A DNA stretch of 51,463 nt from Parcubacteria group bacterium GW2011_GWA2_40_23 (GTDB lineage Bacteria > Patescibacteriota > Patescibacteriia > UBA11705 > JABHMO01), in assembly GCA_000996245.1 (NCBI GenBank), contig LBYP01000010.1:1-51463 (forward strand). The letters are read 5' to 3'. The translations under genes were made by a program, and so were the position numbers. Under the pieces are notes generated by a model, which worked only from the letters and a program-made list of their open reading frames with translations, had not been told where the DNA came from and ran no database searches. Position 1 is the first letter of the stretch; every line of letters begins with the position of its first letter. Below, piece by piece: positions 32,154 through 41,262 of this stretch.

Positions 32154-33983
32154 TTACTTACGGAGGTCGCCCAGCTTTTGTAGCTCTACGAGACGGCTAT
32201 AGAGACCATTCTGAGCCAAGAGCTTTTCGTGGCTGCCAGACTCCGCAACCTGACCACCATCAATAACATAGATCATATCTGCTTTGCGGATAGTGGACAG
32301 TCGGTGAGCAATGGCCACGATGGAAACATCCAGCTTCTTCCGGATGGAATTGAGCATGGATTGGATTGCCAGCTCTGTTTCTGAATCAAGGCTAGAGGTT
32401 GCCTCGTCCAGAACTAGGAATTTTGCACCATTCAACAGCGCAATGTACGCTCGTGCAATGCCGACGCGCTGACGTTCACCGCCAGAAAGTCTGATGCCAC
32501 GTTCGCCGACTTGAGTTGCGAGGCCGTCGGGGAAACGATCTTGCTTCTCCATCATCGTATGAATGTGAGCAGCACGAATTGCTTCATCAACTTGCGCTGG
32601 AGTTGCATCGCGACAGGCATAAGTGATATTTTCGAGCAAAGTTGCATCAAAAACATCTACGTCTTGTTGCACGATAGCAAAGAGACGACGGTACCAATCA
32701 CGATCGAGCTGACGAATATCAATACCGTCCAGCGTGATTCGTCCATGATTAACGTCATAGACTCGACACAACAACTTTGCGACCGTAGTTTTCCCTTCGC
32801 CGCTTCGACCGACCAGAGCGATCATTTGCCGTGGCGCAATTTGCAGATCAAAAAATTCCAGAACCGCCTGATCCTTCCCAGGATAATTGAAAGAAATTTT
32901 GTCGAAGCGGATATCGCCAATTGTCGTCGTCGGAACAAAAGCAGTTGAAGAGTTCGTGATCTCTGTGTCATCATTCATAATCTCAGTCAAACGATTAACC
33001 GAGACCAAGTTCCGCAAGATCTTAGAATAATTATTAAAGATCTCGCCCAACCCCTCAATCGTCACATTCCCTGTTGTGATGATAAATACCACTGTGCCGA
33101 CTTTTGTCTGCCCCATCAAAACGAAATACACTCCGAGTGCAATCGTCGCAAGGAAAAACACATTTAAAACAATGCGAATCCCCATAATGTAGTATCGCTC
33201 AGTCATGTTAATATCAGTATCCAAATCACGCATACATTCACGTACTGTTTGCAATCGTTCTTTTTCGCGTCGCTCTTGGACAAAGTCCTGAACTGTTCTG
33301 ATGTTCAGCAAAGATTGAGTAAAGTAACCGCTTGATTCTTCCTTTTTCTTTTCCCACTTTTCCCAATCACCGGACATACGTTCGTAATAGCGTTTATTGA
33401 TCCAATACGCTGGAGCGAATGGCAGGAAAAACAACAAACCGAGTCTCCAATCTAAGATCATCATGCAAGTGAGGTTCGCCACGAGATAGATGAACTGAGG
33501 TAAAATGTCCCAAGAAAGTTTAACGCAGATTTCGACCATCCGCTCAATTCCCTTCTCGATTTTCGAAATCTTTTTCCCGGTGTTTTCTCGTTCATGATAA
33601 CCGAGAGAAAGTGCCAGCAACTTCGATTGCGCCAACACCGGCCACCACGCTTCCAGTCTGATCACCCCTTTGATGAAGATTGTCTCTTTGACAAAGAGCG
33701 TTACGAGGATTGCACTAATTTTGACTGCGAACATGATGATGATAAAGCAGATCAGTCGAGTAGAAATTGTCCCGGACTTAAGAACTTCGGGCAGGTCGTC
33801 AAAGATCAGTTTCAAGAAATACGGAAATGCGAGCGCCAGCAGTTGCGTAACTATTAACCAATAGAAGCCCAGCTTCATCGCTCGTTGCTCAGGACCAACC
33901 AATTTCCAAAAGTTCTTGATGCCAGTCAAGAAAAAACTCAGACCTTTGTCTTCGTAACGGAATCCATCTTCCCAGTTTGCCAT
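32154..33983 (-). CDS. ABC exporter, fused permease and ATPase (MsbA/MdlB-like), intermediate GC
   Basis: Start MANWEDGF (33983) is preceded by GGAGG with a 5-nt spacer. Six-TM N-terminal half. GRSGEGKTT, LSGGERQRVGIARA, LVLDEATSSLD. Hairpin terminator GAGCCCTGAT/ATCAGAGCCC at about 32112-32140. Confidence 0.85.
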   Translation of the reverse strand: MANWEDGFRYEDKGLSFFLTGIKNFWKLVGPEQRAMKLGFYWLIVTQLLALAFPYFLKLIFDDLPEVLKSGTISTRLICFIIIMFAVKISAILVTLFVKETIFIKGVIRLEAWWPVLAQSKLLALSLGYHERENTGKKISKIEKGIERMVEICVKLSWDILPQFIYLVANLTCMMILDWRLGLLFFLPFAPAYWINKRYYERMSGDWEKWEKKKEESSGYFTQSLLNIRTVQDFVQERREKERLQTVRECMRDLDTDINMTERYYIMGIRIVLNVFFLATIALGVYFVLMGQTKVGTVVFIITTGNVTIEGLGEIFNNYSKILRNLVSVNRLTEIMNDDTEITNSSTAFVPTTTIGDIRFDKISFNYPGKDQAVLEFFDLQIAPRQMIALVGRSGEGKTTVAKLLCRVYDVNHGRITLDGIDIRQLDRDWYRRLFAIVQQDVDVFDATLLENITYACRDATPAQVDEAIRAAHIHTMMEKQDRFPDGLATQVGERGIRLSGGERQRVGIARAYIALLNGAKFLVLDEATSSLDSETELAIQSMLNSIRKKLDVSIVAIAHRLSTIRKADMIYVIDGGQVAESGSHEKLLAQNGLYSRLVELQKLGDLRK

Positions 33984-34010
33984 AACCGCCTCCATTGTTG
34001 TTGTTAAAGA

Positions 34011-34038
34011 CCAAAAACACCCGGCTTAGGACCGGGTG
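34011..34038 (-). terminator. Intrinsic terminator or attenuator between a small ORF and the ABC exporter
   Basis: On the minus strand: CACCCGG-TCCTAAG-CCGGGTG followed by TTTTT. Confidence 0.6.
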
Positions 34039-34056
34039 CTTGGCAATCTTATGAAG

Positions 34057-34236
34057 TTAATTAGTTAAATAACGTAATTTGTTATCAAACAATTTATTAT
34101 AAACCCCAAGATTAACAAGTGACCCAGCCCCAAGATGTGAGTTAAATGCCGGAACTTTTCCAACAAAAACCCAGACCCCTAGTCGGCCAAGACCAAGTTT
34201 CATCAGATTCATTAAAATTGTTAGATCGATATTCAT
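34057..34236 (-). CDS. Candidate 59-aa Gly-rich small protein upstream of the ABC exporter
   Basis: Hand translation: MNIDLTILMNLMKLGLGRLGVWVFVGKVPAFNSHLGAGSLVNLGVYNKLFDNKLRYLTN. One residue below the ORF-track cutoff. No RBS, but most backbone genes also lack one. Confidence 0.3.
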   Translation of the reverse strand: MNIDLTILMNLMKLGLGRLGVWVFVGKVPAFNSHLGAGSLVNLGVYNKLFDNKLRYLTN

Positions 34237-34253
34237 ATTTTAGCAAGCTTATT

Positions 34254-34344
34254 AGCTAGTTAGCGAGATAAACGAGTCAAGTCAAAGCATACTCTGTTAT
34301 ACTTAGAACTTAACTTGCTTATCACTTTATCTCGCTAACTAGCT
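34254..34344. repeat. Perfect 19-bp inverted repeat of the TAGCGAGATAA word family
   Basis: AGCTAGTTAGCGAGATAAA (34254-34272) and TTTATCTCGCTAACTAGCT (34326-34344), 53-nt spacer. Related words at 41128-41262. Confidence 0.85.
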
Positions 34345-34523
34345 TATCTCGCTTTCTTGCTCTGTTATGGCAGGAATATAGTCAAGAATGAAGTGTACAA
34401 TATTTATTAACTACTGTCAAGTGGGCTGATTGAGATTGTTTTCTCCTCTCTGCTACGAAAACGATTTATTTAAAAAATAAAACCACCATAATTTGGCAGT
34501 TTTATCTTGTTTATTGCAAAGTG

Positions 34524-34811
34524 TTAACTTCTGAAGGCACATCTTAACTGAGATGAATCTCCCTTTTCGACATTGTTTTTCCAATGTAGTGGCTGCAGAT
34601 TGGATAACTCATCGCCTCCGCCATGTGCTTCTGGTTTTCTGTGATCTATTTCCCAGCCACGAACCGCATCCCTATCCCCATGTTTGTCAAACTCCATCCA
34701 TGCTCCACATGCGTCCCTTCTGTATTTATTAGAATCATATCCGCTTACAGGTTGCACTTTTTCCCAAACGGCTAAAATCGTTTGATTCGACCATCGTTCT
34801 TTTGTGTACAT
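34524..34811 (-). CDS. Small stand-alone HNH endonuclease
   Basis: 95 aa. WEIDHRKPEAHGGGDELSNLQPLHWKNNVEKGD carries the H-N-H pattern. Confidence 0.7.
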   Translation of the reverse strand: MYTKERWSNQTILAVWEKVQPVSGYDSNKYRRDACGAWMEFDKHGDRDAVRGWEIDHRKPEAHGGGDELSNLQPLHWKNNVEKGDSSQLRCAFRS

Positions 34812-35009
34812 AAGTTTCTAAATTTAATGCTAAAATTTCCCCAAAACTTGAAAATGTGCTATCCTTTAATTATTAAAGTGATTTGTGTGGATAATCGACT
34901 ACATATTTACAAGCGGGGTTTACGAGACCCCGTTTTATTTTTGGAGTTTATAGCTTCATTTTAGCAAAACAACAAATACCTGTCAACATTTTGACGCTTT
35001 TAAAAATAT

Positions 35010-35038
35010 TTGACAAAAGAAATTTTAAAAGTTATACT
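35010..35038 (+). promoter_or_regulatory. Promoter of the LexA-like gene (transcript essentially leaderless)
   Basis: TTGACA (35010-35015), 17-nt spacer, TATACT (35033-35038). ATG at 35048. Inverted repeat GTCAA-CATT-TTGAC at 34982-34995, just upstream. Confidence 0.55.
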
Positions 35039-35047
35039 GGATATATA

Positions 35048-35695
35048 ATGAAACGCAAAAATATGCACCAAATTCAACAAAAAATATTAAATTTTGCCGA
35101 TAAACTAAATCTAAAACGAGACGGACTTAGACAGATTGGCAGATTGGTTGGTGAACCACACCCTTTTACAGTTTCTTATCACTTAAAAAAACTTGAAGAA
35201 AAAGGTTTTATTAAAATTGATAAAAAAACTGGCGAAATAAAAAAAATAAAAAACGATGGACCACAAAAAGGTTTATTTTTGGCGATTCCCGTTCTTGGAT
35301 CTGCAAACTGCGGAGATGCAAACATATTTGCCGAAGAAAATTTAGAGGGCTATATCAAGGTGTCAAAAAATATTATTAAGGCTGGCGAGGGTTTGCTTGC
35401 AATTAAAGCCTCTGGTAATTCAATGAATAAAGCCGATGTTAATGGTCAAAATATTGAAGACGGAGATTATGTTATTGTTAATTCAAAAAAACAACCTCAG
35501 CCGAATGATTATGTTTTAGCAATTATTGATAATTGTGCAAATATAAAAAAGCTATTATTGGATTCTAAAAATAAAGTTATTTCTTTAATGTCAGAATCAA
35601 CAGAAAATCATCCAATTATTTTTATTCATGAAACAGATAAATTTTTAATAAATGGGGTAGTCAAATATATAATTAAAAAACCGATTGTTAATTGA
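35048..35695 (+). CDS. LexA/CI-like repressor: winged HTH plus S24 self-cleaving peptidase domain
   Basis: The ORF-track start (TTG 34991) lies upstream of the predicted promoter's -35 element, so ATG 35048 is preferred. wHTH (GEPHPFTVSYHLKKLEEKGFI). S24 motifs GNSM and a downstream Lys (NIKKLL). Confidence 0.65.
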   Translation: MKRKNMHQIQQKILNFADKLNLKRDGLRQIGRLVGEPHPFTVSYHLKKLEEKGFIKIDKKTGEIKKIKNDGPQKGLFLAIPVLGSANCGDANIFAEENLEGYIKVSKNIIKAGEGLLAIKASGNSMNKADVNGQNIEDGDYVIVNSKKQPQPNDYVLAIIDNCANIKKLLLDSKNKVISLMSESTENHPIIFIHETDKFLINGVVKYIIKKPIVN

Positions 35696-35752
35696 TCATA
35701 AATTTTCTTTTTTGGCGTTTTTTAGCTATAATATAATTATAAAATACCACAT

Positions 35753-38077
35753 ATGAACGAAAGAAAAACTGAAATAATCACGAGAGATCACTTTTCTAAA
35801 TTTTTGGATACTGTTTATATTGAAGAGCAACGCTCGGATAATCCAAAAATTGATAAGTTGTTAAAATCTGCCTCAAAAAAAGGTGGTGGGAAAGGTTACC
35901 CTGAATTTATTATTAGTTACAAAACTAATCCTGATTTATTGATTGTTATTGAATGCAAAGCCGATGTAATTAAACACGAAAGCAAAGATCGTGATAAATA
36001 TGCGGATTTTTCGGTTGATGGTGCATTGCTTTACGCTTCTTATTTATCTAAAGGTTTTGATGTTTTAGCAGTCGCAGTTAGCGGAGAAACAAAACAGGCA
36101 TTAAAAGTTTCTCACTTTTTACATTTGAAAGACGAGAAAAAAGCTACTCAAATTTTTGGAGATAAATTCTTATCCGTTGATGATTATTTGAACGGATATT
36201 TAAAAAGTCCTGAAAAATTTAGACAAGATTATAATTCACTTTTAGATTTTACAAAACAACTTAACGAAAAATTGCATACTTACAAAATTCTTGAAAGTCA
36301 AAGAAGCTTACTCATTAGCTCAATTCTAATTGCTTTAGAAAACACTGCTTTCAAAAGATCTTATGCTTCGCACAAGAAAGCTGAAAATCTCGCAGTTTCT
36401 CTGATTCAAACAGTTTCCGATGAATTAGAAAGTGCAAATATCACAGGGGAAAAATTAGAGAATCTAAATACTCAATTTAGTTTTATTAAAACCGATACTT
36501 CTTTGTCAAAAAAAGAAAATGTTTTGAAAGAAATTATTGACGAAATTGACGAAAATATAAATGCCTTTATCAAAACTCACAGATATTTTGATGTTTTAGG
36601 TCAGCTTTATATTGAATTTTTGAGATACGCAAACAGCGATAAAGGTTTAGGGATTGTTTTAACGCCCCCACACATTACAGAGCTTTTTGCAGACTTGGCA
36701 CAAGTAAATAAAAATTCTATTGCTTATGATAACTGTACTGGAACGGGCGGATTTTTGATTAGTGCGATGAAGAAAATGATTGCAGACGCAAAAGGCGATG
36801 AAACAAAAATCAAAGAAATAAAATCAAAACAACTTATCGGAACTGAATACCAATCGCATATTTTTGCTTTAGCAGTTTCAAATATGTATATCCACCAAGA
36901 CGGAAAGACAAATATCATAAATGGCAGTTGTTTTGATGAAGAAGTTATTGAAGAAGTAAAAACGAAGAAACCAACTGTTGGCTTTTTAAATCCGCCTTAC
37001 AAAGACAAAAAAGGAGATACTGAAGAGTTAAAATTTGTGTTAAATAATTTAGAATGTTTAGTTGATGGTGGGATATGTGTGGCTATAATTCCACTAAGTT
37101 CTGTCATAGCGAAAAATGGCATTAAGCTTCAGTTGAAAGAACAATTGCTGCAAAATCATACATTAGAAGCCATCTTGTCAATGCCAGAGGATCTTTTCCA
37201 TAATTCAAAGGTTTCACCTGTTTCTGTCGTTGTTGTCTTTACCGCCCACAAACCACATCCCGCAGGTAAAAAAACATGGTTAGGCTATTTTAGAAATGAT
37301 AATTTTGTGAAGACTAAAGACAAAGGACGTATAGACCTATTGGGGACATGGGAAGAAACAAAAAAAGAGTGGCTTACATTATATTTCAATAGAGAAACAA
37401 AAAAAGATATAAGTCTAACGAGAGAATTAAAACCACAAGATGAGTGGTGCATAGAGGCATATTTAACATATGATTACAATGAAATTACTGCGTATAAACT
37501 TAAAGATAAAATACAAAAATATTTAGCATTTCGATTACTCCATGATTTGCTTGATTTCAAAATTGATAAACCAAATAAACTTAAATATGTTAACAAATTA
37601 ATTCCATTACATGAGATTTTTGATGTAACGAATGGATTGGCGTCTTCAAATGTAGAAGTATTAGAGTCTCCTGAAAATCCTACTGATATTAGATATATTA
37701 GACCATCTCAAACTTATGAAGGAAGTATAGCTGGATATGTAGATAAAACCTTCATAGACGATAAATACATTTATCCTGACAATACACTGTATGTTTCTAC
37801 GGATGGACAAGGAAGTCACACTTATTCTTATGTCTCATCTTTTGAGTTTATCCCAAATAGCAATATTTCTGTCTTAATGCCAAAGAGAAAAATGTCCGTA
37901 CAAGAAAAAATTTATTATGCACTTTGTGTTTCAAGTAATAGATATAAGTTTTCTTATGGCAGAAAGCCTAAAGGCGATAGATTAAAGGATATATTGTTAC
38001 CTTTGTATCCTCCTGAATATGTTTACGGTGATATTTTTAATGAAATCTTTGATAATTGGAAAAAAATAGTAAAATAA
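35753..38077 (+). CDS. Fused restriction-modification enzyme (type IIG-like): N-terminal PD-(D/E)xK nuclease, N6-adenine methyltransferase, C-terminal specificity domain
   Basis: PEFIISY...DLLIVIECK nuclease motif. MTase motif I DNCTGTGGFL and motif IV FLNPPY. About 200-aa C-terminal domain (IFDVTNGLASS ...) resembling TaqI/Eco57I-type specificity domains. Hairpin ATTTTGGG..CCCAAAAT follows the stop. Confidence 0.75.
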   Translation: MNERKTEIITRDHFSKFLDTVYIEEQRSDNPKIDKLLKSASKKGGGKGYPEFIISYKTNPDLLIVIECKADVIKHESKDRDKYADFSVDGALLYASYLSKGFDVLAVAVSGETKQALKVSHFLHLKDEKKATQIFGDKFLSVDDYLNGYLKSPEKFRQDYNSLLDFTKQLNEKLHTYKILESQRSLLISSILIALENTAFKRSYASHKKAENLAVSLIQTVSDELESANITGEKLENLNTQFSFIKTDTSLSKKENVLKEIIDEIDENINAFIKTHRYFDVLGQLYIEFLRYANSDKGLGIVLTPPHITELFADLAQVNKNSIAYDNCTGTGGFLISAMKKMIADAKGDETKIKEIKSKQLIGTEYQSHIFALAVSNMYIHQDGKTNIINGSCFDEEVIEEVKTKKPTVGFLNPPYKDKKGDTEELKFVLNNLECLVDGGICVAIIPLSSVIAKNGIKLQLKEQLLQNHTLEAILSMPEDLFHNSKVSPVSVVVVFTAHKPHPAGKKTWLGYFRNDNFVKTKDKGRIDLLGTWEETKKEWLTLYFNRETKKDISLTRELKPQDEWCIEAYLTYDYNEITAYKLKDKIQKYLAFRLLHDLLDFKIDKPNKLKYVNKLIPLHEIFDVTNGLASSNVEVLESPENPTDIRYIRPSQTYEGSIAGYVDKTFIDDKYIYPDNTLYVSTDGQGSHTYSYVSSFEFIPNSNISVLMPKRKMSVQEKIYYALCVSSNRYKFSYGRKPKGDRLKDILLPLYPPEYVYGDIFNEIFDNWKKIVK

Positions 38078-38229
38078 GGAATTTTAAATTTTGGGCATTT
38101 CCCTCTAATCCTTCTACCCAAAATCAAAACAAAAAAACTTATTTATCATTTAGAATAAAAAACAAATTTAAAAAAAGAAAGAATTTTACATCACATAACA
38201 AGGCATATCCGGTTCAAAAATTTTGCACT

Positions 38230-39144
38230 TTATAATAAATTAAGGAAAGCAAAATTTTCTCTCCCAAATACATTAGCATCAGCCAGCGCCTGAATCCTTG
38301 CTATCTCCTCTTTATTCTCCTCTGGCTTAAATAGATGCTTATACCTACCCTGCAATGATAGATATTCTTGAACTTTTGGACGTGGATTAGGTGTTTTAGC
38401 TGCGCTGACGAGCTGGCCATTAACATATTCAACGACCGGGTAGATTCCAGTTTGCTGAGCTAAACGCGCAACTTTAATAGTATCCTTTGATTCGGTGTAC
38501 CACCCCGGAACGCAGGTGACGAGAATCTGTAAATATTTTGGTCCAGTTAAACTCAAAGCTTTTTTAACTTTATTTTCTATATCCATAACATTTCCCACAG
38601 TCGCAGTCGCCGCATATACGCATCCATGAGCGAGCGCAATACCAATCATATCTTTCTTCTTCAAATAATTTCCATTCGAAGCTGAGCCTGGTGGTGAGGT
38701 TGTAGTATTTGCATCAAGTGGAGTTGAACCGCTCGCCTGCACACCAGTATTCATGTAGGCTTCATTATCAAAACAAACATACAAAATATTTTCTTGTCTT
38801 TCCCATGATCCAGAAATTTGCCCCATACCAATATCAATCGTAGCGCCGTCCCCACCCCAAGCAATGATGTTAACTTCTTTTTCCTTGCCTTGTTGTTTAA
38901 GCGCATAATAAGCACCGGCCGCCAAACAAATTGCATTTTCAAAGTTGGCGTGGATCCAAGGCACTTTAAAAGATGAAAAAGGATAACGCGAAGTTGTCAC
39001 CTCGCTACAACCAGTGGCATTAGCGATAATTGTTTTTTCGCCAGCTGCTTGCAACACATGGCGCATGGCTAAAAGTTCGCCACAACCAGCACAAGCTGAG
39101 TGACCAGGATTAAGTAAATATTTAAACGGCATTTTATATGGCAT
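38230..39144 (-). CDS. porB: Pyruvate/2-oxoacid:ferredoxin oxidoreductase beta subunit (TPP-binding)
   Basis: Start at MPYKMPFKYL (39144) avoids overlap with the upstream gene. GHSACAGCGE, GGDGATIDIG. Confidence 0.85.
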   Translation of the reverse strand: MPYKMPFKYLLNPGHSACAGCGELLAMRHVLQAAGEKTIIANATGCSEVTTSRYPFSSFKVPWIHANFENAICLAAGAYYALKQQGKEKEVNIIAWGGDGATIDIGMGQISGSWERQENILYVCFDNEAYMNTGVQASGSTPLDANTTTSPPGSASNGNYLKKKDMIGIALAHGCVYAATATVGNVMDIENKVKKALSLTGPKYLQILVTCVPGWYTESKDTIKVARLAQQTGIYPVVEYVNGQLVSAAKTPNPRPKVQEYLSLQGRYKHLFKPEENKEEIARIQALADANVFGRENFAFLNLL

Positions 39145-39154
39145 AAATATATTT

Positions 39155-41119
39155 TTAATGACTACATGTACGACATTGATCAAATTCATCACCTACCTTC
39201 TGTTGAATACACTTGGAGGTAACACATCTTTCAGGCTTGCTAGCATCACATAAACCAAATTCGTCTGTGTGTTCAGGATCATTAAGTGGGTTATAAGCAC
39301 TCGGCACAGGTGATACAAAATGTTGTGGTGCTGTGCAATAATTCCAACCGCAATTGCTTTGCACTTCCATACACCATTTCCCCTTTCCACAAGATTGTTC
39401 CACTGTTCCTTCGCTCGAAGGATCACATTGGCATCTTTTTTCTTTTGTACCAAGTCCATACCAAGAACTTTCATGACAATCACCGCTCAGACAATCCTCA
39501 TCCGCGGTACAAAGATCTCCGTCTGGAATAGCATTTTTACAATAACCCGTAGCACCAGTGTTAATACAAACTGTATTTGCTGGACAATCAGTAGATAACT
39601 TACACTTACATATTCCACTGCTATCGCGGAAATTACTACAACACTCAGCATCAGTTGCAGCTGCTTGTTCTATACCCTTACATGTTCGACATTGATTAAA
39701 AGTTCCCCAAGCGGTTTGGCACATCTCACCAGTACCACAATCCGCATCAACAGAACAAGTACACTTAGCCAATTCTACATCTGGTCCAGGAGGATTTGGA
39801 ACATCTTGTGTTTCACAATGATCCGATGCACATTCAGCATCTTTACCGCAAGGCTCTCCAATAGGAAGTTTTGCTCCGCTAGGATTTAAATTATCGATAA
39901 TTTCACAACGTAATGGTTCATCTTCTCTGAAAACTTTATTATCAATATCAATTCTCATCCCACTAGCTAACATTCTATTTACATTAAAATAACCACAAGC
40001 TGTATCATAGACCCACTTATCGCCCTCGGCGCCAGCTTCTGCAGGGTGTGCCGCGCCGCAAACTGAACAAGTTGGATTAATCCAAACCCCCTTATAAACA
40101 TTACTACTCTCTGGCACTTTTGGATCTCGGCCTACATAATATTCATCATCCATGGAAACTGTCCCGCTATCATCATTCAATTCAATTTTTAAAACTGCAT
40201 ACTGAATTTTTCCAAGTGATTTCAATTGTAAATCAGTCAGATTTTGTTGATAAATGTAATATGTTTGTTGGCCCTTTCCATCAACTGGGTTATAAAAAGC
40301 CATTGCCCCTAATTTACTCCCTTGAATTGGATAGAGCCAAATTTTATCTAAATACCTATCATTAGGATCACTAATAGAACCCCAAATTAAAACGTTTCGA
40401 CAAGCAAAGTTCTCGCTATCAGTTGGGCTGGCTGGTACACAGGTCTTAGTACCCGGACAAACCCAACCAAAACACTCCCCCCTATCAGAAACACTTGTGT
40501 CTCTGGCCTTATAAGTCATTTTTTTGCCACAAGCACTATCTCCTTCAACAATATATTTGTCAGCAGGCAATTCATTACAAAATTTAACATCAGTGATAAT
40601 TGCTTCTTTCACAACTTCCACTTTTATCGGCTGCAAATTAACTAAATTTGGATTAATGGTATTAAGTAAAACATATGAACCCAAAAGTAAAACTAAACCG
40701 GTGACAGCTCCGGTAATAAGTTCTTTCCCATGCTTTATCATGTTTGGATTCAACCCACCGATTAAATACATCACTCCACCAATCATAATCATCAACACAG
40801 CCAAAATTGAACCAATGACTACGCCATAGCGATACATATTACCAATATATTTGGCGAGCCATGGAATATGCCAACATTGTTCCTCAGAAGGATTTCCATC
40901 TTTATCTATGAAACAAGGCGCCATAGTTGCTTCGCCAATATCATTATAATCACCCAATGGTACAACTATTTGATCACGAATATCGATAGCACCCACGTCT
41001 TTAGCTGATCGAGTTGTAGCATTTGCAACTGGAACAAAAATCAAAAAACTTAAACTAACAAATTGTGCTGAAATAATAAAACACACCATTATAATAAATA
41101 TTTTGACTGATTTGCTCAT
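39155..41119 (-). CDS. Secreted protein: N-terminal two-helix pilin-like membrane module, large extracytoplasmic domain, Cys-rich C-terminus
   Basis: Signal peptide. Helices VVIGSILAVLMIMIGGVMYLIGG and AVTGLVLLLGSYVLLN. C-terminal Cys modules (GEPCGKDAECASDHC, CTADEDCLSGDC). Lies between porA and porB. Confidence 0.75.
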   Translation of the reverse strand: MSKSVKIFIIMVCFIISAQFVSLSFLIFVPVANATTRSAKDVGAIDIRDQIVVPLGDYNDIGEATMAPCFIDKDGNPSEEQCWHIPWLAKYIGNMYRYGVVIGSILAVLMIMIGGVMYLIGGLNPNMIKHGKELITGAVTGLVLLLGSYVLLNTINPNLVNLQPIKVEVVKEAIITDVKFCNELPADKYIVEGDSACGKKMTYKARDTSVSDRGECFGWVCPGTKTCVPASPTDSENFACRNVLIWGSISDPNDRYLDKIWLYPIQGSKLGAMAFYNPVDGKGQQTYYIYQQNLTDLQLKSLGKIQYAVLKIELNDDSGTVSMDDEYYVGRDPKVPESSNVYKGVWINPTCSVCGAAHPAEAGAEGDKWVYDTACGYFNVNRMLASGMRIDIDNKVFREDEPLRCEIIDNLNPSGAKLPIGEPCGKDAECASDHCETQDVPNPPGPDVELAKCTCSVDADCGTGEMCQTAWGTFNQCRTCKGIEQAAATDAECCSNFRDSSGICKCKLSTDCPANTVCINTGATGYCKNAIPDGDLCTADEDCLSGDCHESSWYGLGTKEKRCQCDPSSEGTVEQSCGKGKWCMEVQSNCGWNYCTAPQHFVSPVPSAYNPLNDPEHTDEFGLCDASKPERCVTSKCIQQKVGDEFDQCRTCSH

Positions 41120-41141
41120 ATTCTATAGTTAGCTAGTTAGC

Positions 41142-41171
41142 CCTGCACCACAAACTGCCTTTGGGTGCAGG
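41142..41171. repeat. GC hairpin CCTGCACCACAAACTGCCTTTGGGTGCAGG, copy 2 (other copy at 1938-1967)
   Basis: 8-bp stem CCTGCACC/GGTGCAGG. Sits inside a gttagc|gataaacgag word that is uninterrupted at 34259-34278. Confidence 0.8.
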
Positions 41172-41262
41172 ATAAACGAGATAAGTTATAAGCGAGATCA
41201 GCCAGCTGATAATCTGGTAGAAACGTGCTAACCAGCTTATCTTGCTAACTCGCTTGTCTCGC

